DNA from: an uncultured Planctomycetales bacterium
Lineage (GTDB): Bacteria > 4484-113
Assembly: GCA_964554185.1 (NCBI GenBank)
Contig: CAZKNJ010000003.1
Location: 2,968 to 66,967, forward strand
Direction: 5' to 3'
DNA length: 64,000 nt
Each line of letters begins with the position of its first letter. The stretch's first letter is position 1. Made by a program: the position numbers and the translations under genes. Shown piece after piece: positions 50,817 to 61,013 of this stretch. Under the pieces are notes generated by a model. That model saw only the letters and a program-made list of their open reading frames with translations, was not told the origin of the DNA and did no database searches.

Positions 50817-52348
50817 CGGTTGCTCCTTGCGCGCGTTACCCAGGCGTCCGGCCTGGCGGACTGGGGAGCGGCAGCTTGGGTGTCAGGGTGGGCGCGCTCG
50901 CGTGCGAGATAAGCTATCAGCGCGGAGGCGATTGCCACATCGCGCATGTCTTCTTCCGCGCCCTTTCCCGTGATGAACTCCTTGATCTTCTCCGGCGTGA
51001 AGTTGCGGTCAACAAAACTGGTGGAGAACTTGCCGGAAACGAAATCGGGGTGCGACATCACGTAGATATGGAACGGTATAGTCGTCTTAACGCCGGTGAT
51101 GATGAACTCGCGCAGCGCCCGCTGCATCTTGCGGATGGCGGTTAGGCGGTCGGAGCCGTAGGTTATCAGTTTGCCCACCAGCGAGTCGTAGTGCATCGGT
51201 ATGGTGTAGCCCTCATAGGCGGACGAATCCAGCCTCACGCCATTGCCCATCGGCGGGATGTACCGGTTGATTCTCCCCAGCGCCGGCAGGAAGTCGCGCA
51301 GCGGATCCTCCGCATTGATGCGCGTCTCAATGGAGTGGCCGCGCACCACAATGTCCTTCTGCTTGAAGGACTGCTTCCTGCCCTCGGCCACCAGTATCTG
51401 CTCGCGCACGAGGTCGGTTCCCGTCACCTGTTCGGTTACCGGGTGCTCCACCTGCAGGCGCGTGTTCATCTCAATGAAATAAAACTCGCCGCTGCGGTCC
51501 ATCAGGAACTCCACAGTCCCCGCGCCCGCATAGTTGCCGCTTTTGGCGACCTTCACTGCCGCTTCGCCGAGCGAGTGGCGCATCTCCTCGGTCACCACCG
51601 CGCTGGGCGCTTCCTCAAGGAGCTTCTGGTGCCGCCGCTGGATGGAGCACTCGCGCTCGCCGAAGTGCACGATATTGCCGTGGGTGTCGCCCATTATCTG
51701 CACTTCAATGTGGCGCGGCTCCTCAATGTACTTCTCCAGAAACACCTTGTCGCTGGCGAACGCGCCCATGCTCTCGCTCTGCGCAGAGTGGAAAGCCCTG
51801 GCGAAGTCGTCCTTGTCGCGGACCACTCGCATCCCGCGGCCGCCGCCGCCCGCAGCAGCCTTGATGATGACCGGGAGCTTTATTTCGTCCAGCGCCTTCA
51901 GCCCGTCCTCCATCTTGGAGACAGGCTTCAGTGTGCCCGGCACCCCGCGCACGCCCGCCTTTTCGGCCATATTCTTGGCGATAAGTTTGTCGCCGAAATC
52001 ATGGATGCATTTGGAGGTCGGCCCCACGAAGATGATGTTTTCGTCCTCCAGCGCCTTGGCGAAATCGGCGTTTTCGGCCAGGAAGCCGTAGCCCGGATGA
52101 ACCGCGTCAATGTGGTTGCGCTTGCAGATGTCCACAATGAGCGGGATGTTGAGATAGGTTTCCTGCGGAGTATTGCCCGGCAGCCGGTAGCTGCTGCGCG
52201 CTTGCACAATGTGCAGCGCGTTCCGGTCGGCGTCAGAATACAGCGCATCGGGTTCGATGCTCATCTCGCGGCAGGTGCGGATGACGCGCAGCGCGATTTC
52301 GCCCCGGTTGGCGACGAGCAGCCGTTTGATCCTTCTAGGTTTTGGCAT
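50813..52348 (-). CDS. accC: biotin carboxylase subunit of an acyl-CoA carboxylase
   Basis: 511 aa. ATP-grasp biotin carboxylase (RLLVANRGEIALRVIR...). About 55-aa C-terminal extension. Overlaps the BCCP gene start by 4 nt. Confidence 0.85.
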   Translation of the reverse strand: MPKPRRIKRLLVANRGEIALRVIRTCREMSIEPDALYSDADRNALHIVQARSSYRLPGNTPQETYLNIPLIVDICKRNHIDAVHPGYGFLAENADFAKALEDENIIFVGPTSKCIHDFGDKLIAKNMAEKAGVRGVPGTLKPVSKMEDGLKALDEIKLPVIIKAAAGGGGRGMRVVRDKDDFARAFHSAQSESMGAFASDKVFLEKYIEEPRHIEVQIMGDTHGNIVHFGERECSIQRRHQKLLEEAPSAVVTEEMRHSLGEAAVKVAKSGNYAGAGTVEFLMDRSGEFYFIEMNTRLQVEHPVTEQVTGTDLVREQILVAEGRKQSFKQKDIVVRGHSIETRINAEDPLRDFLPALGRINRYIPPMGNGVRLDSSAYEGYTIPMHYDSLVGKLITYGSDRLTAIRKMQRALREFIITGVKTTIPFHIYVMSHPDFVSGKFSTSFVDRNFTPEKIKEFITGKGAEEDMRDVAIASALIAYLARERAHPDTQAAAPQSARPDAWVTRARSNR

Positions 52349-53327
52349 CGGTGATGTCCTCAGCGAGTGAGCGCATAATCATAGCGCATACCGCGTCCGC
52401 CGCGGCGTAAGTGTCCAGTTCCCGGCTCTCCACCTTGGCGGCCAGTTCGCGCAGCGATGCTTTGTGTCGCGCGTCTTCCAGCATGTAGCCTTTGATGCGG
52501 CTTTCCACCAGGAAGCGGATTTCATTGGCAAGCTGGCGTCGCCGCTTGTCCGCCACTAGCCCGTGCTCAGTGAGAAATGATAGGTGCTCGGAGAAGTACC
52601 CGAGAATTTCGCACACGCCGGTGTCGTCCACCGCGCTCATGGTTAGAACTGGCGGCACCCACTGCAGCCTGCCGTCCACCATCCCCAGCAGCGACTTGAT
52701 CTCGGTCGCCAGTCCGTCGGCGCCCGGCCGGTCGGCCTTGTTCACTGCGTAGATGTCCGCGACTTCCATAACTCCGGCCTTCATTGTCTGGACGCCGTCG
52801 CCGCTCTCCGGCGAGAGGATAAGCACTACCGTGTCCGCGATGTCCACGATATCAAAGCCCGTCTGCCCCATGCCTACGGTTTCAATGATCACGGTGTCCA
52901 CCCCGAACGTTTCCAGCACCCGCACGATGTTGGCGGTGGCCGCCGACAGACCGCCGAGCGAGCCGCGGCTGCCCAGGCTGCGGATGTACACTTGCGGGTC
53001 GTTCTGCACCCCCACCATGCGCACGCGGTCGCCCAAGATCGCGCCGCCGGAGAAAGGAGAGGTGGGATCTACCGCCACCACGCCCACGCGCTGGTCTTGC
53101 GCCCGCAGCTCTTGCACCAGCCGGTTCGCCACCGTGCTTTTGCCCACGCCGGGGCTGCCGGTGATGCCCAGGCGCGGTTTCTTCTCGTAGTAAGGCGTCA
53201 GGGCGGGAATGAACTGCGGGGCGAAGGACGGGTCGTCCTCCAGCGCGCTCATCGCTTTGGCCACTGCGCGGATGTCGCGTTCGCGAATGCGGTTGACGAG
53301 CGCCTGATGGTCGGTGAGATCAATCAC
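52335..53327 (-). CDS. meaB: methylmalonyl-CoA mutase-associated G-protein chaperone (MeaB/ArgK)
   Basis: P-loop GITGSPGVGKST. VAVDPTSPFSGGAILGDRVRM. Confidence 0.8.
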   Translation of the reverse strand: MIDLTDHQALVNRIRERDIRAVAKAMSALEDDPSFAPQFIPALTPYYEKKPRLGITGSPGVGKSTVANRLVQELRAQDQRVGVVAVDPTSPFSGGAILGDRVRMVGVQNDPQVYIRSLGSRGSLGGLSAATANIVRVLETFGVDTVIIETVGMGQTGFDIVDIADTVVLILSPESGDGVQTMKAGVMEVADIYAVNKADRPGADGLATEIKSLLGMVDGRLQWVPPVLTMSAVDDTGVCEILGYFSEHLSFLTEHGLVADKRRRQLANEIRFLVESRIKGYMLEDARHKASLRELAAKVESRELDTYAAADAVCAMIMRSLAEDITDAKT

Positions 53328-54574
53328 GCTTGGCCGCCGCTGGATTCCCGGTGGGTTTCCTCTTGCTGCTGGCGCTCATGCTCCAGCACGAGGTCGCGCG
53401 GGCCGTAGGCGAATACGCGGTTGCTGGATAGCTCGGAGACGAAGACGAAACCTTCCGGGCTGGTGCATACGTAGGTCGGGACGCGCAGTTCCGGGTGCTC
53501 CAGCCGGTAAAGCGGCTCAAACTTGGCGGAGAACGCCCACACGCCGGGGCTGGGGTCGTACAGGTCCGAGACGTAAATGACGTCGTCGTCCTTCGCTACC
53601 GCGATGTCAACCGGCTCGCCGAACTTCATTGCGCGGCCCAGCCCGCTCCCCTCCACCGAGTCCAGATAGCCGCCCTTGTCGGTGTAAATCTGGATGCGGA
53701 CATTGTTGTGGTCAACCACCAGCACCTTGTCCCGGTAGAACGCAATGCCATTGGGATAGTCAAACTGGTTCGTCCCTGAACCGCTCTGTATCCACTCAAA
53801 CTTGCGGCGCGCCTGCTGCTCCGGGTTGGGCACGGCGTACACCTGCGAGAGGTAGGCACGCAGGTTCTGGTTGAAACTCTTGCCGTTGCCGAAGACGAAT
53901 CGCTCCTGCTCCAGATCGTATACTTGAAAGCCGCTGTTCATGAAGTCGGTCACCGCCGCCCAGCCCCTTTTCTCGTCAATGTCCACAAAACCGGGAAGCA
54001 GCGCGGCGAGATCGTATTTACGGACGTACTTGCCCTCCGGCGTGAAGCGTATCAGCTCCGGCGTCATCATCGCCGCATCGGTGTCGGCGCGTGAATGAAA
54101 GGCGTTGAGCACCATTACATCGCCTTGGTATAGCGCCACATCCAGCGCGCGGAAGAACTGGCGGTCGGCGATGGCCTGTACTACGGCGGGATCCATCAAC
54201 TCGGACTCGGGCGCATCCATATTCTGCGCCAGCTTCGCCTCGGTTACGCCGAAGTAGTCCACGTCCAGCCCGCTGCCGAAGGACCCGAGGTACTTGCCGT
54301 AGTAGTCAAAAATCTGCACTCGCGCCAGCTGCTGGTCGCAGACGTACAGCCGGCCGCCCGCCGCCGCCAGGCCGCCGATGCGCTTGAACTCGCCCTCGCC
54401 GGCGCCGGGCCCGCCGAACGCGCCGATGAAAGCGAGCCGCGAAGGCGCGTTGGCAGTTTCCATTGGCAGCTTTCCCGACATCAGCTTGGCCTGGTCGGGG
54501 CTGACCGGGCACGACGCCAGGCTCGCGGATGCTGCCGCTGTGATGAGTATTAGGAGTAATCGTGTGAATCTCAT
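53324..54574 (-). CDS. NHL-repeat beta-propeller lipoprotein
   Basis: Lipoprotein signal MRFTRLLLILITAAASASLASC. NHL-like repeats (RLYVCDQQLARVQIFDYYGKYLGSFG...). The start was chosen at 54574, 5 nt after the ribBA stop. The track ORF runs on to 54628. Confidence 0.55.
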   Translation of the reverse strand: MRFTRLLLILITAAASASLASCPVSPDQAKLMSGKLPMETANAPSRLAFIGAFGGPGAGEGEFKRIGGLAAAGGRLYVCDQQLARVQIFDYYGKYLGSFGSGLDVDYFGVTEAKLAQNMDAPESELMDPAVVQAIADRQFFRALDVALYQGDVMVLNAFHSRADTDAAMMTPELIRFTPEGKYVRKYDLAALLPGFVDIDEKRGWAAVTDFMNSGFQVYDLEQERFVFGNGKSFNQNLRAYLSQVYAVPNPEQQARRKFEWIQSGSGTNQFDYPNGIAFYRDKVLVVDHNNVRIQIYTDKGGYLDSVEGSGLGRAMKFGEPVDIAVAKDDDVIYVSDLYDPSPGVWAFSAKFEPLYRLEHPELRVPTYVCTSPEGFVFVSELSSNRVFAYGPRDLVLEHERQQQEETHRESSGGQA

Positions 54575-54578
54575 ATCG

Positions 54579-55811
54579 CTACTCGTCGGCACTGAAGATG
54601 TGCCCCATCTTCGTGCGTTTCGTTTCAATGTAGTCTTTGTTCTCCGCCGTGAGCATGTCCTCCACCGGAATGGATATCCGCTCCACGATGCTGATGCCGT
54701 AGGCTTCCAGGCCCACCAGTTTCAGCGGGTTGTTGGTCATCACGCGAATCTGCTGCGCTCCGAGATCGCGCAGTATCTGCGCACCCACGCCGTAGTCGCG
54801 CTTGTCGGGCGGGAAGCCCAGTTGGACATTAGCCTCCACCGTGTCCAAGCCGTCGTCCTGCAGGTGGTATGCCCGTATCTTGTTGAGCAGGCCGATGCCG
54901 CGCCCCTCCTGGCGCAGGTAAACCACGATCCCGCTCCCGGCTTCGGAGATGCGCTGCATTGCGTAGTGCAGCTGCGGGCCGCAGTCGCAGCGCAGGCTGC
55001 CGAACACGTCGCCGGTCAGGCACTCGGAATGCACCCGCACCAGCACCGGCTCGTCCGGCTTGATCTCGCCGTACACCAGCGCCACATGGTGCTCGCCGGT
55101 AACCGGCACACCGTAGCCGATGACCTTGAAGTCGCCGAAGATGGTCGGCATGCGCGCAATGTCCACGCGCTCCACCAGCGTTTCGTTGCGCAACCGGTAG
55201 CGCACTATATCCTGCACGTGTAGTAGCTTGAGCCCGTGCTTCTCGGCGAATTCCTGAAGCTGCGGCAGCCGCGCCATTGAGCCGTCCTCATTCATTATTT
55301 CGCAGATAACGGCCGCCGGTTTGAGCCCGGCGAGCCGGCAGAGGTCAACGCTGCCTTCAGTCTGCCCCACGCGCCGCAGCACTCCGCCCTCCACCGCCCG
55401 CAGCGGGAACACATGCCCCGGCCGCCGTAGATCTTCCGGCTTCGCACTCTGGTCCGCCAGCACCTGAACGGTTCTCGCGCGGTCGGCGGCGGAGATGCCG
55501 GTGGTAGTGCCCACTCTCGCGTCCACGCTCACCGTGAACGCCGTGCCGTGCGCCTCGGTGTTGTCCGGCGTCATCAGCGGCAGGTTCAGCGCCTGCAGCC
55601 GCTCCAGGGCCATGGGCACACAGACCAGTCCGCGCCCCTGGGTTGCCATAAAGTTGATGGCTTCGGGCGTGGCCAATTCGGCGGCCATTATCAGGTCGCC
55701 TTCGTTCTCGCGGTCATGGTCGTCCATCAGGATGACCATCCGCCCGGCGCGCAACTCGGCGAGCGCCTGCTCCACGTGCCGCGCAAACTCGTTATCGTGT
55801 TCCATAACCAA
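54579..55811 (-). CDS. ribBA: bifunctional 3,4-dihydroxy-2-butanone-4-phosphate synthase / GTP cyclohydrolase II
   Basis: RibB motif [17 protein letters not shown] and the GCH-II C-terminal half. Confidence 0.9.
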   Translation of the reverse strand: MVMEHDNEFARHVEQALAELRAGRMVILMDDHDRENEGDLIMAAELATPEAINFMATQGRGLVCVPMALERLQALNLPLMTPDNTEAHGTAFTVSVDARVGTTTGISAADRARTVQVLADQSAKPEDLRRPGHVFPLRAVEGGVLRRVGQTEGSVDLCRLAGLKPAAVICEIMNEDGSMARLPQLQEFAEKHGLKLLHVQDIVRYRLRNETLVERVDIARMPTIFGDFKVIGYGVPVTGEHHVALVYGEIKPDEPVLVRVHSECLTGDVFGSLRCDCGPQLHYAMQRISEAGSGIVVYLRQEGRGIGLLNKIRAYHLQDDGLDTVEANVQLGFPPDKRDYGVGAQILRDLGAQQIRVMTNNPLKLVGLEAYGISIVERISIPVEDMLTAENKDYIETKRTKMGHIFSADE

Positions 55812-56442
55812 AACGGGCGAGGTCCTCCAGCGTCAACTCGCGCCCCTCGCCCAGATGCGCGAGCGCATAATAGACACTCTTCACAATCAGGTCAACTTCC
55901 AAATTTACCCGGTCGCTGGGCTTCAGCGTCCCCAGATTCGTGTCCTCCAGCGTGGCCGGAATCAGGTTCACCGCTAACATTCCGGCCTCCGCCGACCGCA
56001 CGGTCAGGCTCACCCCGTTCAGCCCCACGCTGGCGCCGGGAAACACCATCGCGGCCAACTCCTCTGGCAGCTCGCACGTAAGCATCCAGTCCCCACTGCC
56101 GGCAGCGCCGTTCGCCGTGACCGCTACCGCGCAATCCACGTGCCCCTGCAGGAAGTGGCCGCCGATTTCGTCGCCCGCCTTGAGCGCCGGCTCCAGGTTC
56201 ACCCGGTCGCTCTTGGCCAGCCCTCCCAGGTTGGTGGCGTCCAGCGTGGCCTGTAGGATGGAGGCGGTAAAACCATCTTGCGTCACCTCCTCGCAGGTCA
56301 GGCAAGCGCCGTTCACCGCTACGGAATCGCCGTGCGACAGGGCAGGGGCGGTCTTAGGGCAGCGCACGGTCAGGCGGCTGCCGCTGCGCCCGCGCACAAG
56401 CGAAACAGCCTCTCCAACCTCCCGAACCAGCCCGGTGAACAT
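55792..56442 (-). CDS. ribE: riboflavin synthase alpha chain
   Basis: MFTGLV N-terminus and the internally duplicated lumazine-binding repeats. Confidence 0.85.
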   Translation of the reverse strand: MFTGLVREVGEAVSLVRGRSGSRLTVRCPKTAPALSHGDSVAVNGACLTCEEVTQDGFTASILQATLDATNLGGLAKSDRVNLEPALKAGDEIGGHFLQGHVDCAVAVTANGAAGSGDWMLTCELPEELAAMVFPGASVGLNGVSLTVRSAEAGMLAVNLIPATLEDTNLGTLKPSDRVNLEVDLIVKSVYYALAHLGEGRELTLEDLARFGYGTR

Positions 56443-56571
56443 AGGAGGACTATTGTATCAGAGGGTGAAGCTCTGAGCGGAATGATGCTTTCTGCCTTGA
56501 AGCAGAGGCCCACATAGAAAGTGTCGGTACCCGCGAGCGACAGCAGTAAATCGCAGAGCGACTGAAAGCAC

Positions 56572-56967
56572 TTACAGCCCTGATCCCTCTTGGATTATTA
56601 GGATCAGTATTACCAAAGGCACAAGGAGTACTGCCAGTCCGATCGGTACCCAACACCATATAAGCGCGGTCCTGGCTGAAGTGTATGCACGGGCATAGTC
56701 TCCCCGATCTGCTTTCTTGCTGGCTTGTAGAGAGTAGGCTATGGCTGGTATTCCAAAGATCGCTAATGGCAACGCGAATAGCGCAGTAATAAGGGTGACG
56801 ATAACAGCGAACGACAAGTAGTTGGGAATCCTAATCGGAGGTTTTGACCGGGACGAAGGCGTTGGCTGTTTAGCGACAAGGTCACTTACTTCAGACAGGC
56901 CAAGCCCGCAGCGAAGGCAGAAATTAGTCTTTTTCTCGTAACGCGCACCGCATTTTGGACAATACAT
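56572..56967 (-). CDS. zinc-ribbon plus two-TM small membrane protein
   Basis: N-terminal CPKCG...CLRCG zinc ribbon, then two hydrophobic helices. Confidence 0.5.
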   Translation of the reverse strand: MYCPKCGARYEKKTNFCLRCGLGLSEVSDLVAKQPTPSSRSKPPIRIPNYLSFAVIVTLITALFALPLAIFGIPAIAYSLQASKKADRGDYARAYTSARTALIWCWVPIGLAVLLVPLVILILIIQEGSGL

Positions 56968-57244
56968 GTCGTCGTCACCAGCTGCGGCAACTGCCTGATT
57001 AAGGCTAAATGCGCGCCAGCAGCTAGGATTTAGATTACACTCTGCTGAAGTGCTATGTCAAGAGAGCGAAAAGAGCGTTCTACAGCCCCTTAATCACCAG
57101 CTTCATCGTTGCTTGCACGTCGATCTCGCATAGCACCCCGGACCCCTCAGGTCTCAGTGCGGTCTTGACGCGCTCCACCGCCTCCGCGAAACTGCAATCC
57201 AGTTTCTTGGTGAAGTATTAACTCATGTATCTCCCCGCCTCGCC

Positions 57245-57733
57245 TTACGGCTGAACGTAACCGGGCACGCTGGCCAGGTCGCCGAAGAAGATCTTGCGGT
57301 CTTCCTCGCCAGCGATAGCCTCTCCCGCCTTCTGCGCGAGCTGCAAGTGCTTATCGCGTTCACCCTCGTTACTCCCAACCGCATGCGCCCGCGCCAACGC
57401 CTCATACGCGAAGGCGATATCGAAGTCCGCGATGCCGTTGGCCTCGCAAATCTCCAGGCACCGCTTTGCGTAATGCAGCGCCGGATCTGCCTTGCCCAAG
57501 ACCGCGTACACCCGCGAGATGAGCCAGACGCCCCTTGCGTGGTTCACCGGCGTTCCGGCCTGCAGCCAGTGGTAGCACGAGGCGTGCGCCGCGTGCAGCA
57601 TCTGCTCGTCTTCTTCCGGCGTTCGGTCTGGCTTATCCATCATTGTCCAGACCAGGTTGTTCAGCTCAATGCCGAAGCGCTTGTGCAAACCAAGGTTCCC
57701 CGTTTGCTCCTTTTCAGCCATAGACCCCTCCAT
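57245..57733 (-). CDS. hypothetical protein
   Basis: 162-aa ORF with a coding-like codon pattern. No recognisable motif. Confidence 0.4.
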   Translation of the reverse strand: MEGSMAEKEQTGNLGLHKRFGIELNNLVWTMMDKPDRTPEEDEQMLHAAHASCYHWLQAGTPVNHARGVWLISRVYAVLGKADPALHYAKRCLEICEANGIADFDIAFAYEALARAHAVGSNEGERDKHLQLAQKAGEAIAGEEDRKIFFGDLASVPGYVQP

Positions 57734-57796
57734 AAAGTCAGAAACTCCGCGTCCAGTTTACCATTTTCCCACCGGGATTGCCCACTGCTAAATCCC

Positions 57797-58024
57797 TCAG
57801 CCGCCGCCCTGCCAGCCCCGGGTCACCTTGCCGTCATCCTCTACGATGACCGGCACAATCCGCTTGCCCGTGAGTTTCACTATCTCCGGAATGCGCCTGG
57901 ACTCCACACTGAGGTTGACCTCTATGAACTCCACACCCTTGGAAACATGGTACTCCTTCGCTGCGGCACAATAGGGGCAACCGGTCTTCGTATAGATGAT
58001 AACCATAGGCGGCGATTTTAGCAT
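57797..58024 (-). CDS. glutaredoxin-family small redox protein
   Basis: VIIYTKTGCPYCAAAKEY (CPYC active site). The start may be the internal Met near 58006. Confidence 0.7.
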   Translation of the reverse strand: MLKSPPMVIIYTKTGCPYCAAAKEYHVSKGVEFIEVNLSVESRRIPEIVKLTGKRIVPVIVEDDGKVTRGWQGGG

Positions 58025-58068
58025 AGGGCAAACCCCCCTTCATCCCCAAGACTTATGTGGCTTAACTG

Positions 58069-58077
58069 TGGTAGAAT
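58069..58077 (+). promoter_or_regulatory. extended -10 TGgTAGAAT upstream of the beta-eliminating lyase gene
   Basis: About 80 nt before the ATG at 58159, which has a GGAGG RBS. Confidence 0.4.
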
Positions 58078-58158
58078 GGCGGTAAGAAGGACTCCAGTCC
58101 AAGAACGAAGTTCCAGCCCAGTCCTCCGCCAAGTGAAGGAACTATCAATGGAGGAACT

Positions 58159-59577
58159 ATGGGCTCAAAAAACCGCGTTGAATGGAGGCCGCCTGCGAAA
58201 GCCTCGGACCTTAAGGTCCCCGAACCTTACAAGATTAAGTCCACGGAGCCAATCAGGCTGAATACGCGCGCTCAACGCAAAACGATACTGGAGCGCGCAG
58301 CCTACAACCTGTTCAACATCAGCAGCCGGGACATCTACCTGGACTTCCTCACCGATTCGGGCACCGGGGCGATGAGCCACCACCAGTGGGCCGCGCTCAC
58401 CGAGGGCGACGAATCATACGCCGGCAGTACGTCTTTTGACCTGTTGAAGGCCACCGTGCGCGACCTTTTCGGCTTCCAGTACGTGCTGCCGTCGCACCAG
58501 GGGCGCAGCGCCGAGCTGGTGCTGATGAGCCACTTCCTGCCGCGCAAAGGGCTGGTGGTCCCGGGGAACATCCACTTTGACACGACCGGCGCCCACATTG
58601 AGTACCGCAGCGGCGTCATCCGCAACTTCCCCGACCCGCGCATCTACGACCTGGACGATCTGACGATGTTTAAGGGGAATGTGGATCTGCCGAAGCTCTC
58701 GGCCTTCCTTTCGCGCAACGAAAGCAAGGTTCCGCTGGTCATCGTCACCGCCACCTGTAACAGCGGCGGGGGCCAGCCAGTGTCGCTGGAGAACATAGCG
58801 GGCGTCGCGCAGCTTTGCCGCAAGCACCGGATACCCGTATTCGTAGATTCGGCACGGGTGATTGAGAACGCTTATTTCATCAAAACCTACGAGCCGGGGC
58901 AATCCCGCAAGTCCATCAAGTCAATCCTGCGCGAATTCATGTCCCACGCGGATGGCATGATAATGAGCGCCAAGAAGGACGGGTTGGTCAACATCGGCGG
59001 CTTCATCGGCACCAACAACGAAAACATCTACGATGCGCTGAGGCCCTACACTATCCTGTTTGACGGCTTCGTCACCTATGGCGGGCTTGCCGGGCGTGAC
59101 CTGGCGGCGATGGCGGTTGGCCTGCGCGAGGCTACCGACCTGGACTACCTGAAGCACCGCGCCAGCCAGGCGGCCTACCTTGCGGTGTCGCTGCGCGAGC
59201 AGGGCGTGCGGGTGGTGATGCCGCCCGGCGGGCATGCGGTGTACCTTGACGCGAGGGATTTCTGCCCTCACCTTCGATTGGACAAGTACCCGGGGCATGC
59301 GCTGGCCATCGCGCTGTATCTGGAGGCGGGAATCAGAAGCTGCGAGATCGGCACCCTTCTGCGGGGCCGCGACCCGCGCACGCGCAAAGACCGGACCGAC
59401 GGGATGGACTTGCTGCGGTTGGCTATCCCGCGCCGGGTTTACAGCTACAACCAGCTTGACTACACCATTGAGGCGGTGCTTGCCCTCAAGCGCAAAGCTC
59501 ACACCATCCGCGGCGTAAAATTCGCCCGGGAAGCCGCATTCCTGCGGCACTTCACAAGTGAGTTCGCTCTGGTATAG
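58159..59577 (+). CDS. tryptophanase / tyrosine phenol-lyase family (beta-eliminating lyase)
   Basis: 472 aa. Aligns over its full length with E. coli TnaA (DFLTDSGTGAMS...SMSAKKD PLP-lysine region). Confidence 0.85.
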   Translation: MGSKNRVEWRPPAKASDLKVPEPYKIKSTEPIRLNTRAQRKTILERAAYNLFNISSRDIYLDFLTDSGTGAMSHHQWAALTEGDESYAGSTSFDLLKATVRDLFGFQYVLPSHQGRSAELVLMSHFLPRKGLVVPGNIHFDTTGAHIEYRSGVIRNFPDPRIYDLDDLTMFKGNVDLPKLSAFLSRNESKVPLVIVTATCNSGGGQPVSLENIAGVAQLCRKHRIPVFVDSARVIENAYFIKTYEPGQSRKSIKSILREFMSHADGMIMSAKKDGLVNIGGFIGTNNENIYDALRPYTILFDGFVTYGGLAGRDLAAMAVGLREATDLDYLKHRASQAAYLAVSLREQGVRVVMPPGGHAVYLDARDFCPHLRLDKYPGHALAIALYLEAGIRSCEIGTLLRGRDPRTRKDRTDGMDLLRLAIPRRVYSYNQLDYTIEAVLALKRKAHTIRGVKFAREAAFLRHFTSEFALV

Positions 59578-59616
59578 TAGAGCTAACATACTCGCACTGG
59601 TAATTGCGGAGGCGAA

Positions 59617-60936
59617 ATGGAACCACGCAAGGTGATATTAATCGGCGCCGCCGGGCGCGATTTTCATAACTTCAACACGGTCTTCCGGGACAACCCGGAC
59701 TACCGGGTGGCGGCTTTCACCGCCACGCAGATTCCTTCGATTGACGACCGCATGTACCCTCCCGAGCTTGCGGGCAAGCTCTATCCAGAGGGCATTAACA
59801 TTGAGCCGATGGACGAGCTCGAGGAGTTGATTCAGCGGCTGGAAGTGGACGTCTGCTATTTCTCCTACAGCGACATCTCCTACGACAATCTCGGCCAACT
59901 GGGATCACGCGTGCAACTGGCAGGCGCTGAGTTTGCCTTCCTGCCGCCGCTGGCGACTATGATCAAGAGCTCCAAGCCGGTCATTTCGGTCGTGGCGGTG
60001 CGCACCGGCTGCGGCAAGAGCCAGACCACGCGCTATCTGGCGGCCATTCTCAAGAAGATTGGCCTGCGGGCGGCGGTGGTGCGCCACCCGATGCCCTACG
60101 GCAACCTGGTGGAGCAGCGGGTGCAGAAGTTTGAAACCCTGGACGACCTCAAGCAGCATAACTGCACGATAGAGGAAATCGAGGAGTACGAACCCCATAT
60201 CAATGAGGGCAATATCGTCTTCGCCGGAGTGGACTACGCCGACATCCTGCGCGAGGCCGAGGCCTCCGCCGATGTGGTGCTGTGGGATGGCGGCAACAAC
60301 GACGCCACCTTTTTCCAGAGCGACCTGATGATAACCGTGACCGACCCGCACCGCGCGGGTGACGAGCTGCGGTACTATCCCAGCGAATTCAACCTGCGCG
60401 CGGCCGACGTGATAGTGGTCAACAAGGTGAGCACCGCCGAGCCGAAGAAGGTGGAAACGCTGCTGAGCAACATCAGGAGCCGGAATGCAGCGGCCGAAGT
60501 CGTGATGTGCGACTCGCCGGTCAGCGTGCTGGAACCCGAAGCGATTCGGGGAAAGCGGGCGCTGCTGGTGGAAGACGGCCCCACCGTCACTCACGGCGAG
60601 ATGAACATCGGCGCCGCCTACATCGCCGCCATCCAGTTTGGCGCGGCCAGGATCGTGGATCCCCGGCCCTCCGCGCGCGGCTCCATCGCCGAGGCCTACC
60701 GCAAGTACCCGCACCTTACCCAGGTGCTGCCGGCGCTCGGGTATTTCCCCGAGCAGCTAAAGGAGCTGGAAGACACCATCGCGGCGGTTGACTGCGATGT
60801 GGTGGTGGTTGGCACTCCGATTGACCTTACGCGCATCGTGAAGATTCCGCAAAAGGCGGTGCGGGTGAAGTACCAACTGGAGGAGAAATCGCCGGGACAA
60901 CTGGAGAAGGCCGTGCGCAAGGTGGTCGGGGCTTAG
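59617..60936 (+). CDS. P-loop protein resembling cyclic 2,3-diphosphoglycerate synthetase family
   Basis: 439 aa. N-terminus VILIGAAGRDFHNFNTVFRDNPDYRVAAFTATQIP and a Walker-A-like TGCGKSQT. Family assignment is by recall only. Confidence 0.4.
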   Translation: MEPRKVILIGAAGRDFHNFNTVFRDNPDYRVAAFTATQIPSIDDRMYPPELAGKLYPEGINIEPMDELEELIQRLEVDVCYFSYSDISYDNLGQLGSRVQLAGAEFAFLPPLATMIKSSKPVISVVAVRTGCGKSQTTRYLAAILKKIGLRAAVVRHPMPYGNLVEQRVQKFETLDDLKQHNCTIEEIEEYEPHINEGNIVFAGVDYADILREAEASADVVLWDGGNNDATFFQSDLMITVTDPHRAGDELRYYPSEFNLRAADVIVVNKVSTAEPKKVETLLSNIRSRNAAAEVVMCDSPVSVLEPEAIRGKRALLVEDGPTVTHGEMNIGAAYIAAIQFGAARIVDPRPSARGSIAEAYRKYPHLTQVLPALGYFPEQLKELEDTIAAVDCDVVVVGTPIDLTRIVKIPQKAVRVKYQLEEKSPGQLEKAVRKVVGA

Positions 60937-60971
60937 GCGCCCGGCGCAATACTTGGACTGCTTAAACGAAG

Positions 60972-60994
60972 AGGGGTGGCCCCAGGCCACCCCT
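60972..60994. terminator. perfect 10-bp hairpin between convergent genes (bidirectional terminator candidate)
   Basis: aggggtggcc-cca-ggccacccct, between the P-loop gene (+) and the HU gene (-). Confidence 0.45.
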
Positions 60995-61013
60995 GCTTCA
61001 TTCGTCGTGGAAC

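Noticed and set aside
56443-56571. Looked for an FMN riboswitch (RFN element) in the leader of ribE
   Set aside because: The minus-strand sequence of this 129-nt gap does not contain the conserved GGGGCAGGGTGAAATTCCC or GGATGGGAGA cores. The riboswitch, if present, must lie elsewhere or be absent.
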